From: an uncultured Christensenella sp.
GTDB lineage: Bacteria; Bacillota; Clostridia; Christensenellales; UBA1242
Direction of reading: 5' to 3'
Assembly: GCA_964369125.1 (NCBI GenBank)
Contig: CAYJEF010000002.1
Location: 1-34,640 of the forward strand
Length of the DNA stretch: 34,640 bases
Shown: positions 1 to 9,700 of the stretch, in pieces
Layout: each line of letters opens with the position of its first letter
Numbering within the stretch: the first letter of the stretch is position 1
Notes under the pieces: generated by a model
Told to the model about the DNA's origin: nothing
The model's database searches: none
What the model saw: the letters and a program-made list of their open reading frames with translations, nothing else
Program-made: the position numbers and the translations under genes

Positions 1-99
1 TATGAAAACAATGCTAAATTTTTTTATAACCAAAAAGTTAAAGTTGTGGATAAAATCAAAAGCAATTCATTTAATATTAAAGGTTATTTAATAAACTAA
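1..99 (+). CDS. 3' end of an unidentified CDS (partial; continues upstream of the window)
   Basis: Frame 1 is open from the window edge to TAA at 97-99 (YENNAKFFYNQKVKVVDKIKSNSFNIKGYLIN*). There are only 32 codons, Lys/Asn-rich as expected for AT-rich coding DNA. A terminator-like hairpin follows at 199-245. No family is recognisable. Confidence 0.3.
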   Translation, partial: YENNAKFFYNQKVKVVDKIKSNSFNIKGYLIN

Positions 100-198
100 C
101 AAGATTTGAAAAAGATATAAAAAGGTACAGATCGTTTTAGGCAGGTTTAGAAAGTTCAAAAGCGGTGAATTTGATTAAAAAATGAGCATTTGCAGTAA

Positions 199-245
199 AG
201 TGCAATATGGAGTGTGTTTTGAGCATATTGCACTTTTTATTTTTG
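199..245 (+). terminator. Rho-independent terminator-like hairpin
   Basis: Perfect 11-bp stem agtgcaatatg (199-209) / catattgcact (224-234) with a 14-nt loop, followed directly by ttttatttttg (235-245). The position fits termination of the CDS ending at 99. Confidence 0.5.
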
Positions 246-315
246 TGTCCAAATCGCTTTATTTTAGTGGGGTTTTAGCCCTTGGGGGTGAATTTTAAAT
301 ATTAAAAGTTGATTT

Positions 316-360
316 CTGATAAGGTGGGGGTCGGTGGTTCGAGTCCACTCAATCCTACCA
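316..360 (+). tRNA. Truncated tRNA-Ile(GAU): 3' half only (anticodon loop to encoded CCA). An att-type remnant, not a functional gene.
   Basis: The 45-mer ctgataa-ggtgg-gggtc-ggtgg-ttcgagt-ccact-caatcct-a-cca reads as: anticodon loop CUGAUAA (anticodon GAU at 318-320), 3' anticodon stem, 5-nt variable loop, complete T arm (GGTGG/TTCGAGT/CCACT), 3' acceptor strand, discriminator A, CCA. From memory, the core GGTCGGTGGTTCGAGTCCACTCA is the conserved bacterial tRNA-Ile(GAU) sequence (B. subtilis and E. coli type). The 5 nt upstream (gattt, 311-315) cannot pair with ggtgg (323-327). No GTAGCTCAG-type D arm exists anywhere in 1-315. Confidence 0.7.
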
Positions 361-368
361 AAATTCAT

Positions 369-399
369 AAAAAGACACTCCGTTTGGGGTGTTTTTTTT
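369..399 (+). terminator. Rho-independent terminator immediately after the tRNA fragment
   Basis: Stem acactcc (375-381) / ggggtgt (386-392), 7 bp including one G-U, with loop gttt. It is followed by a T8 run (392-399) and preceded by an A5 run (369-373). Confidence 0.7.
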
Positions 400-427
400 G
401 TGCGGTTTTATATTATTTGAAAAATCA

Positions 428-461
428 TTGACAGAAAGTATAAAGCATTGTAAAATATAAT
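428..461 (+). promoter_or_regulatory. Sigma-70-type promoter upstream of the zinc-ribbon gene
   Basis: Perfect -35 TTGACA (428-433), a 17-nt spacer, then -10 TAAAAT (451-456). An overlapping perfect TATAAT lies at 456-461, but with an overlong 22-nt spacer. This predicts a 5' UTR of roughly 110 nt before ATG 576. Confidence 0.55.
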
Positions 462-560
462 AAATTTTCTAGCAAGACGCAATTTTGCGACCTTGACTAA
501 ATTGGAAACTAATAAACCAAAATCTCCATTAGGTCTTTATGTTATCCATGAAAATTTTAA

Positions 561-566
561 AGGAGG
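561..566 (+). promoter_or_regulatory. Shine-Dalgarno site (AGGAGG) of the zinc-ribbon gene
   Basis: aggagg at 561-566, 9 nt upstream of ATG 576-578. Confidence 0.75.
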
Positions 567-575
567 ATAACATCA

Positions 576-740
576 ATGGAAGACAAAACTTTGGTATGCA
601 AAGATTGTCAAAGAGAGTTTGTCTGGACCGTTGGGGAGCAAGAATTCTATGCTCAAAAAGGTTTTGAAAACGAACCAACCCGTTGCCCAGATTGCCGTAG
701 AGCAAACAAACAAAGAAGACAAACAAACAGAAACAGATAA
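576..740 (+). CDS. Small zinc-ribbon domain protein (54 aa, CxxC-x25-CxxC)
   Basis: Hand translation: MEDKTLVCKDCQREFVWTVGEQEFYAQKGFENEPTRCPDCRRANKQRRQTNRNR*, with a strong SD and a promoter. There are two CxxC pairs (C8/C11, C37/C40) and the GEQEFY..KGF.NEP.RC..C signature. I recognise this signature from the widespread bacterial family annotated 'zinc-ribbon domain-containing protein' (Pfam zf-trcl-like; accession PF13451 from memory, unverified). It has a basic C-terminal tail. It is missing from the ORF track only because it is under 60 aa. Confidence 0.8.
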   Translation: MEDKTLVCKDCQREFVWTVGEQEFYAQKGFENEPTRCPDCRRANKQRRQTNRNR

Positions 741-751
741 GTAAATGTTTG

Positions 752-789
752 AAAAAAGTCATATGAGAAACCTCATATGACTTTTTTTT
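752..789. terminator. Bidirectional rho-independent terminator shared by the convergent zinc-ribbon and giant genes
   Basis: Perfect 10-bp stem gtcatatgag (758-767) / ctcatatgac (772-781) with loop aaac. It is flanked by A6 (752-757) and T8 (782-789). It lies 12 nt after the zinc-ribbon stop (738-740) and 3 nt after the giant-gene stop (793-795 on the minus strand). Confidence 0.85.
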
Positions 790-792
790 GTT

Positions 793-3700
793 TTAACCTA
801 TCAAATTAACTATCGCTTCCATAGACAAACCAAAACCTTGAAAGAATTTAAACATTAATTCTGCGGCTTTGACATATTTCTCGCTCTGTTGAACAATGGA
901 TAATGATTTGAGCGGTCCAAGTAATGAGCCTGATATTATGCCCTTGATGATGCTAGAAGCACGTGAAATCAATTCCATTTTCCTCCAGCCAGCGCCTTGA
1001 ACAATCCTTATATTATCCCGCCATTTGGAAATTTTGGTTGGCATAACCCAGAACAAAAATACGTTTGTAGTTTCCTCTGTGTATCCATTCCCTTCCATAG
1101 ATGCAACAACTAGGTCCCATGCAAATAGAATGCTTGAAATTATAATGCCACCTGCGCCATTCTTTTCCTCCTCTCTCATTGCGTCAATAAGGGGCTTGAC
1201 TTGCGTGTATAGTTGATAGTAATCTTGCATCTTTGGACTCATATCTTGCATAAATTCGAATATATTGCCTTCTTTATGCCACCAATCTTCCATTCTAAAT
1301 GCCGAGAGGTCAGGACCGACATTGTCGACTAATCCGTTTACTGTAAGGTCTGGCTTTAGCATCATCCACACGACTGGTATGTAGAACGGGATCTCGAATT
1401 TGCCTATTATTCCAAGATTTATTTTAATAGGCGAGTATTTGAAGTAAATTTCAAGCTCGGAATAGTAGTTTGCACGTGCTTCAACATAGGTGCGTGGATA
1501 GAAATTGATATATTTTATATTTTTGAAACTAGTGAGAATCAAGCGCGAATCGAACTTAAAAGAATATCCAAACCACATAGAACCCTCTATATTGCCGTTG
1601 AAAGTTGCTTTGTCATACACATCGCTGATGCCTTGCCTCGACGCCTCATAGTTGCCGTCTAGACATGAGGAACTGTCGAGGTATAACGCCAAAGAGTAGC
1701 CCGAATTTGGAGTAAGTTCTTCGCCAGCAATTCTGTCAAGGGCGCTTTGTCCCGCTTGTTTCACAGCACCACCGTTAAACTGCACGTGCGAACCATTTAT
1801 GGCGTAGATGCCGTCGTAGTACATAAATTTATCTCTGCCGTCACCTTGGGCACTGTCGTTTTTGAATTCTTGCACAATCGCATAGGCGCTGCTGGCTGGG
1901 ATAACCATATATTGCCTTGCCTTATTGTTTTGAATGACACCGTTGCTGTTTAAATTTATTGTTGAACCACTGGCATATATACCACCACCGAATCCACCAA
2001 AATCACCACTGCCTGTCGCTTTGTTCCCTCCGATGTTGCTATTAAGAACAAGGGTGGAGTTTAGCAAATACACACCGCCACCTGCCTCGACTGCAACATT
2101 GTAACTGACGGTGTTGAAACTGGAATTTGCGTTTGTCGTGCCACCTGTGCTAATTGTCAACGTGCCATTTGCGAAGTATATACCTCCGCCTTTATTTGCT
2201 TTGTTAGAGAAGTAAAGCGGTTTGCCATTTAAGTCGTGACCCATTCTGCCAATATTGCATTTTGCAAGCGTGACTGTGGTGTTTGGCGCGCCCGATACAT
2301 ATAGTCCGCCACCATTACCTGATGCCATATTGCTGACAATATCAAGCACAGATTCTTCTGCTCCTGTCTTGCCGAGGGTTAAGGATTTTGCGTAAATTCC
2401 TGTGTCAAAATACACACCACCGCCGTTGCCACCTGCATAGTTGAAGCCTATTGTTCCGCCGTCAAGGTTGACTGTGGCGTTTGGCGCGATATATATTCCG
2501 CCGCCGTTTGCGCCCGCATAGTTGGAGTAACTTAAACTGCTGGCGGTGATTACTTCATTGTCTGAGGTGTCTGTTATATCCACGCCTATTGTGCCAGATT
2601 TCAAGTCGAACTTGCCGACGACATACACACCTCCGCCGTTACCGCTTGCCGTGTTGGAATAAATCTTTGAGCCTGAAATTGCCCTCACATCGCCACCACT
2701 ACCCACATAAAGTCCCGCTCCGTTTCTAGACATATTATTTGTCACTTTTGCCGAGGAACCGAGGGTGACATTCCCAGCATTCACGAAAATTCCACCGCCG
2801 TCATCTTTCGCCAAGTTTGAACTAACGTAACCAGAATTTACAACTAAAATGCCCGAGAATACGTATATTCCGCCACCGTTACCTGTTACAGCATTGTTGT
2901 TATTTATGCCATAAACTGGATTGTCACCGACAAGAGTTAAATCGATTGTCAAAGTGGTTGTGCCACCGTCGATGGCAATACCTCCGCCGTTACCTGTGAC
3001 GCTATTATTTGAAATCTTCGTGTTTTTCATAAGAATAGTGCCCGTAGAGAACATTCCACCGCCTTGACTGGTAGTGAGGGTGGTTGATGTGCCTGTGTTA
3101 TTCACCACCAACTTTCCATTATTCTCTATCTTTGCATATTCTAGGACAAAGTCGGCGGAACTTCCCACAAACACACCGGCGCCTTTATAGGCGAAGTTGT
3201 TGTGAATGTCCGCTTTGATTGTTGTTTTTTCCTCGATTGCGCCAATGGTTAATTTTGAACTGTTCACATACAAGCCACCGCCCTCACCAGTAACGTTATT
3301 TGCTGTCTTATTGTTTTTGATTATGACGCCAGGCAAAATGTTTGCAAGGGAGTTTGTGCCAAGGTAGATGCCACCGCCTTGAATTGTAACAGAGTTTGAT
3401 GAAATCATAGCGTTCATAACGTTTAATCGTGGGACTGAGTCTGCCGTTCCGTCCGCGTAAATACCGCCACCTTTCTCGGCTGTGTTATCTGTTATTTGCG
3501 TGCTGGACACGTTGGAAGTGACACCACCAAAGTTAAACGTGCCAGAAAATACGAACACGCCACCGCCATTTATTGCACGGTTATTTGAAATAACGCCATA
3601 ATCCATATGAAGAGCATTGCTGTCACCCGCGACGTATAGCCCGCCACCGTCCACTGCATAGTTGTCTTGAAGTATTACGCCCGAGTAGGTTGTCGTCCCG

Positions 3701-6700
3701 CGCTCGAAGTAAATTCCGCCACCTTTGAGTGCGTTATTATTTTTTATTTGCACGCCACCTAGGACATATGACGAATAAAGAGTGTCGGTTGCGGTTAGAT
3801 ATAGTCCGCCTCCGTTTGTTTTTTCGTCGTCGCCATTATCATAAATTGCGCCAGAAGTTAAGTCAAGCGCACCACCTGCCACGTAAACTCCAGCGCCATT
3901 TACGGCTATATTTTGCGTGATTTGCGCTGAAATCTTATTCATTACAAACTTACCTGCACTATAAACGCCACCACCTGCAATGACGGCATCGTTATTTAAA
4001 ATTTGTCCGCCACTCATGGTGAACACTCCAAAATGATAGTCCGTAACTGAGGTGTTTATGCCAATAACTGCGACGCCTGCACCGTTTTGTGCAGTGTTTT
4101 CACTTATGACTCCACCCGTCATATTAAAGGTGCCAAAATGCGCGCGAGAAATGTTCACTGCGTCCACATACACACCGCCACCCTGTTCTAGCGCCGTGTT
4201 CATCGACACTTGCGAAGTGCCAGAAAGCGTTAGGATTGCTTTTGCGCCGACGTAGATACCGCCACCGTTTCCACTAGAACTATTTTCAGTTATGCTGACG
4301 GTCGACGTCAAAGAATTTATGTTCACTATGGACTGCTCGGCGTAGATACCGCCACCGCCGATTTCGGCGACGTTGAACGAAATTGTGCCCGCTTCAGCAT
4401 TAATTGTAGAAGCGCCCGCGCCGTAAAGTCCCGCGCCGAAAATTGCAATGTTCTTTGTGCAAAGAGCGTTTGAACTTAACATATTAAACACGCTAGTACT
4501 GTTAGTTAAATAGACGCCACCGCCGTTGTCCGCAACGTTGTGACTAATTTCGCCACCCGTCATATTCACCGTGCCACCGCCAACATATATGCCACCACCG
4601 TTGCCTCTGCTGTGGTTGACTGATGTCTCACCTTCCTCTATCACTTCAGTCGATTCGTTGCCTGTTATTTTGCCAGAAATTATATCAAATACTCCTCCAT
4701 TCATAAGCGCGACTCCTGCGCCGTTGCCTGTAGCGGTGACCTGCAATAATTTCGTGACTTTGTTGCCAAAGTTTTGCGTCGTGGTGCCGTCGCCCGAGGT
4801 TATTTCGTCGCCAATTCTACCTCCGTTAAGCACGAGATAACCGCCCGCAACGTAGACGCCACCGCCGTTTTGTGCCGTGTTTAAAATAATCTTCGAGGCA
4901 TTTTGCGTTCCTAAAATTTGCAGTTCACCACTTGCACTAACATACGCCCCGCCACCGTTTTCTTCTGCATTGTTCCCTGAAAGTATACTGCCGTTTGCAA
5001 CGTCTGCTATGCCCGCCACATATAGTCCTGCGCCGTTATTTGCTATGTTTTCGTAGAGTGTGGTGCCGTCGAGATCGACAGTGCCTGTGCTGTAAACTCC
5101 GCCACCGTTTTCGTTTGCCGAGTTTTTCCAAATACTGCTGTTTAGTAAGGAAAGAGCCCCCGCACTATATATGCCCCCGCCGTTATTTGCCGTGTTTTGC
5201 GTGATTTTGTCGATATTTTCCGTTACTATTATGCTAGAACTTATCGTGCCGTAAATTCCGCCACCATTAACCTTTGCCTCGTTGCTGGACACATAAACGT
5301 TGCTGCCAAGGGTCATTATTGCACTGTCGACATAGATACCTCCGCCGTTTGATAGAGCGTTGTTCCCGATGCTAAGCGCTTGGTTGTCGCTGACCTTAAG
5401 GTCTTCAAGTGATACGATGCCACTTTCGATATATATACCGCCACCCATATTTGCCGTGTTGCCTTTAATTGAAGTGTATGGATCATTTAAAGTCCCAGCG
5501 GACATAAGTTTTCCGGACGCAAGATATACGCCTCCGCCAAGGCTTGTTTCATTATAAGATATCTGAGAACCCAAAAGACGCACGGTGCCAAAATCAAGCG
5601 CACTTGAACCCGAAGCAGAATGGTTTGCTTGAATGAATATCGCTCCTTTGCTTGCGGTGTTTTCCGTAACTATTGACTGCCTGAGGTCCAAAGAACCGTC
5701 ATTTTTAACAGCGATAAGTCCGTTGCCAAAAGTGCTAGAAGATTTAACCGTGAGATTTTCCGCAGTGACAAGACCTCCAAGAACATTTAGTGCAGTGCCG
5801 TCGTTGCTACCTTTTGCCCCGTCAATCATCACGTTTGATATATTAACATTTCCGCTTATTACTTCAATTATACTGCTGGCGGTTGGGGAGATATTTCCAA
5901 AACTATCAATATATGGGATAAGGTTAAAGTTCATAATGTTGAGGTAAGAATTTGAACCAGTTAGCGTAATTCTAAACATATCGTCAACTGTGCCATTATG
6001 GAAGCGCTTTAACTCCGTCCCGACAATCAATTGCTTGTTCTCGTCAATATATCCCGAATTTATCGTAAGCATATATTCGCCACTGATATCAAGCGTCTTT
6101 TCCTTCGTATACATATCGTCCTTGAGCACAATTATAATAGACTCTACATTCTCATCAAGGCGAAGGAGCGCCGTTTCGATATCCATAAAGTATCTTGTGA
6201 CGTCGTTTGCAATTTTTGCGACGTTTTTCTCGCCAATAAGAACATTGAAATCGTCTATGATAAAGGTGTATTCTTCGCCACTTGAATCAAAGCCGACAAA
6301 CAACATTTCGTTTATCGTCGCAAGGTCTGTGATTGCGTTTGAATACATTGCTACGAGAGTGAGGTAGTCGGTGTGAGCATAATCTGTGGCGAGGTTCAAA
6401 GGCACATTGCCGTTATATCCGCCGTTTACATAGACGATTGAGTCACCCTCTATATAGACTTCGTCGGTTATGTTTAGATATGTAGAAATGTATGTCATTT
6501 GCCCTTCATTTAAGCCCGAACCAATGGTGAAATTGTGCGATCTTCCAGTAACAACATAGACGCCCGCGCCTTTGTTCACTGCCGTGTTGTTAGTTATGCT
6601 AGCGCTTTCAATCGTTACTTTCGCCCTATTTTCCATATACACAGCACCGCCGTTTGTCGCCATATTATTTGACAGCGTAACCGAACTGGAATTCTCGTCA

Positions 6701-9700
6701 CCTAGGGTCAAAATGCTATACGCATTAACATAAATTCCGCCACCTGACGTTGTTGTTACTGTGCCGTTTTGTGTGAAGGTCGCGTTTCTAGTAATTGTAA
6801 TAAGCGATTTGTGTGAGTATATTCCGGCGCCATTCGTTGCGTCATTTTGGGCAATGTGAGTGATTTTTGTGCCGTCGATATGAAGTTCCACACCTGTTAC
6901 ATACAGTCCGCCACCAAGTCCCGCACCAACGCTTGCTGTGTTGCCCACAATAGTTCCTCCAAGAAGAGAGACCGCTGTGTTGTAACCCTCGGCGTATTCG
7001 TCTGCCGTGGTGGTGTAACCTGTTACATACACGCCACCGCCCATGCCCGACATATTGTGGCTAATTTCTCCGCCATACATACATAGAACGATTTTGTCTC
7101 CAAAGGATTTTTGCGAATTTGCTACGAAATTATATGTGTCCTCCACGTATAAACCGCCACCCGACGTGCCTGCGAAGTTATAGGAAATGGCTACTGTGTC
7201 GCTACCGTTTTTGTCAATAATCACTTGAATTGGGTTTGAGGCAGCCGCTGTTATGGTGCTCTTTGCATAGATTCCGCCACCACTAATGCTCGCGTAGTTG
7301 TATGCAATCTTCGCGGTGCCACAAATGTCGACAGTGGTGCCGATAGCGTAAATTCCGCCACCGTATCTTGCCGTGTTTGAGTAAACGCTTGTCGTGGCAA
7401 CAGTGGATTTTGTGCCGTCTCCGATGATTCCTCCGCTAATTTCAATAACGGACGATGGACCGCAATAGACTCCACCGCCATATTTTGTGGCAAAGTTGCC
7501 GGAAATGACGCCACAGGTCATATAGAACGCGCCACTATTCGTTACATACACGCCACCACCATTGCCGTTTGTGGACTCCATATCGTCACTGACAGAGCGG
7601 TTATTTGAGATTTCCCCGCCTGCTAGATAAAGCGTTCCTTGCACTAGTGCCGCTGCGCCGTACCATTCCGTCCATTCCCTCGTAAGCGTAACCCCGACCC
7701 CCAGCCAAAGGGTGGCATTTCGGGCAATGTTTATGAGACGAGAGGAGGAATTGTGCACGTCAAGCGTGGTGGAATTGCTCTTGCCACCTTGAATTGTTAT
7801 TGTATTGTTTTCGTAGTCTGCGCCACAGAATTGAAGATATGCCCTCTCAAACGCAGGATTCATACCAATATAAAGGGTGTCGCCAGAAAGAATGTTGAAC
7901 ATTTCACCCTCAAACTCGCCCGCCTCCGTCCTGCCACGAAGCAAAGTAATTTCAGTTTGTTTTGCGGAAAGGGTGAAAGATTTGTGCGTTCCGCTGTAGT
8001 TTGAATAAAGCGTTTCGTATACTTCGTAGACGTTATTGACACTGCCTGTGACGTTTATGAAGATAAGCCCGCCGTCGTCAACGAGAGATAGTGCTTCTTT
8101 TAGAGTTTCGGTGCCATATGCCAGTTCGTATGTCTCGCTCGCGCCCGAACCGACCGCTCTAACCACTTGGAAATATTGTGCGCGCAAGACGGCGAAATTA
8201 CCCTCACCACGCATGTCGCTTTGACCAAGCAAGAACCCAGACGCAACAGGCAGAGTGATTTGACCAAGCAAACTATTTTGAACACCTTGTGAGCCCGAAA
8301 GTGAACTCGAAAGCACGGCGCGAAATACTCGGTCGCCTAGCATTTTTCCACTGACGCCCAAGGTAACACTACGCACGGAGCCGTCGAAAAGGTTGACGTC
8401 CGCTATGTCAATGGTGCTTTCTTTGACGTTTAGATATGCGTCCTTGCCTGCAATTAAAATGGTGTCAATGAGGGCGTCACTTTGACCCGCGAGTGTGAAT
8501 AAATTGTGCTCGTCGCTGGCAATTTCTGTGCAAATTGCGCCGGAGTTTATGCTAGTAGTTGGATTTTCAAAATAGCATCTGCCAAGCACGTTCACGACTC
8601 CGCCCGTGTGGTATATTCCAGCGCCGTAGACGTCCACGTCCGTGACCGCCGTAATTGTGTTGTTTAACACATTGATACTGGTCATATCCACATTTGCCCC
8701 GCCGATATATAACCCCGCACCGCGTTTGTTTTCCATTGTTGTTGCGTCTGTTGCGTTTATGACATTATTTGTAATCGAGCAAGAGCCCGTGGACATATTC
8801 GCGTAACCGCCAATTAGGTGCAAGCCAGCGCCAGCGCCAAACGAGGTGTTCCCTGAAATGTCGCATGCGACTTCGTTATATTTATATAGGTATAGCGTGC
8901 CAGAATCTTGATATATTCCGCCACCAAAACTATTTGTGGTGTCTAGAACTCTATTTGAAAGCACGCTCGTAGCATAGAGATTGACGACGCCACCGGACGT
9001 GATATATAACCCACCACCTGTGGAAGCAATATTGGAGATTATTTGCGCTTTATATATGTCTATAATACCGCCAGAGATATACAATCCACCACCCATTTGC
9101 GCTGTATTTTGTGAAATTTCGCTCATATTTTGTTCTATATCCACGCGCGCTTTGCCCCTAACTATGCTTATTGCCCCACCGCGAGTGGTAGTTTTGTGCG
9201 AAGAATCGGGCAATGTGCCTGTGCCGTTTGACGAAATTATTGAACTTTCGACAACGAGGTTATATTCATTACTAAGCATATTGCCGTCAAGGTGAATTGC
9301 TCCGCCCGTTTGAGCATAGTTGCCAGTCATCGCGGAGAAAGTAACTCTTACCATACTGTCGCCAGAGAGTTCAAGCGCTCCGCCAAAACTGTATGCTATG
9401 TTGTCACTAAACTCACAACTCGTGATGTTTAATGTGCCTTTTGACACAGAAATTGCTCCGCCATTTTTCGCGAAATTATCTTCAAAATTGATGCTTGTAA
9501 TGGTGCTTGTAACTTGTGAATTGTTTGAAATTGCCCCGCCACGAACTGACGCACTATTGTTAATAAAATCCGTGCCACTTATAATAATTTGTCCCGCTTC
9601 GTTGTGAATGGCTCCGCCATTTTCGGCGACGTTTCCGCTAAATATAGCACGCTTACTTACGTTCTTTGAAATCTCTAAAATGCCGGAATTGACATAGATT

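Noticed and set aside
45-53. Perfect DnaA-box 9-mer (tgtggataa = reverse complement of TTATCCACA), plus a 7/9 match at 542-550.
   Set aside because: A single perfect 9-mer is expected by chance at an appreciable rate in 2 x 34.6 kb (roughly 0.26 expected occurrences). It lies inside a probable CDS. There is no cluster of boxes or adjacent AT-rich unwinding element arrangement typical of oriC.
182-295. 37-codon ORF (MSICSKVQYGVCFEHIALFIFVSKSLYFSGVLALGGEF*), and a 38-codon ORF starting at 548 out of frame with the zinc-ribbon gene.
   Set aside because: The first runs straight through the 199-245 terminator hairpin and has no SD. The second overlaps the SD and coding frame of the well-supported zinc-ribbon CDS. 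Both are most likely chance ORFs.
291-308. 10-nt match (taatatttaa) between the left junction (reverse complement of 291-308) and the right AT-rich spacer (about 34462-34471), as possible terminal inverted repeats of an inserted element.
   Set aside because: A 10-nt A/T-only match between two regions of this AT richness is not significant. There is no extended repeat and no target-site duplication.
1-360. tmRNA (ssrA) whose tRNA-like 3' end would be 333-360, with the 5' end upstream of the window.
   Set aside because: This was my first reading, because of the T arm plus ACCA. However, the acceptor strand CAAUCCU gives C, not U, at position 70, so there is no G3:U70 alanine identity pair. No tag-like ORF ending in hydrophobic/Ala residues is present. 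The segment from 316 onward matches tRNA-Ile(GAU), including its anticodon loop. The 199-245 hairpin plus T tract looks like a terminator rather than an internal tmRNA helix.
284-360. A complete 77-nt tRNA. gggggtg (284-290) pairs 6/7 with caatcct (350-356), and tttt/aaatatt/aaaa (293-307) could mimic a D arm.
   Set aside because: In either register the anticodon stem cannot form: gattt or ttgat against ggtgg/aaggt gives at most two wobble pairs. The D loop lacks G18G19, and position 8 is A. A uniformly decayed pseudogene would not keep a perfectly conserved 3' half. The acceptor-like complementarity is probably coincidental.
529-762. 77-aa minus-strand ORF from the track.
   Set aside because: It lies entirely antisense to the well-supported zinc-ribbon CDS (576..740) and runs through the shared terminator hairpin. 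It has no SD and gives a hydrophobic, low-complexity translation.
796-1647. C-terminal domain as an autotransporter beta-barrel, by analogy with chlamydial Pmps.
   Set aside because: At 284 aa the size would be compatible with a barrel, but only the first 80 aa or so look beta-like. The rest is helical or hydrophobic. The terminus is ..VNLIG rather than an aromatic residue. The protein has an N-terminal signal anchor rather than a cleavable signal peptide. The flanking signals point to a monoderm-type organism.
793-1650. Polymorphic-toxin / immunity-pair organisation (giant repeat protein with a variable C-terminal toxin followed by an immunity gene).
   Set aside because: The next gene downstream of the giant ORF is convergent (zinc-ribbon, plus strand) and separated only by a shared terminator. 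There is therefore no co-oriented immunity ORF. I recognised no pre-toxin motif or nuclease/deaminase signature.
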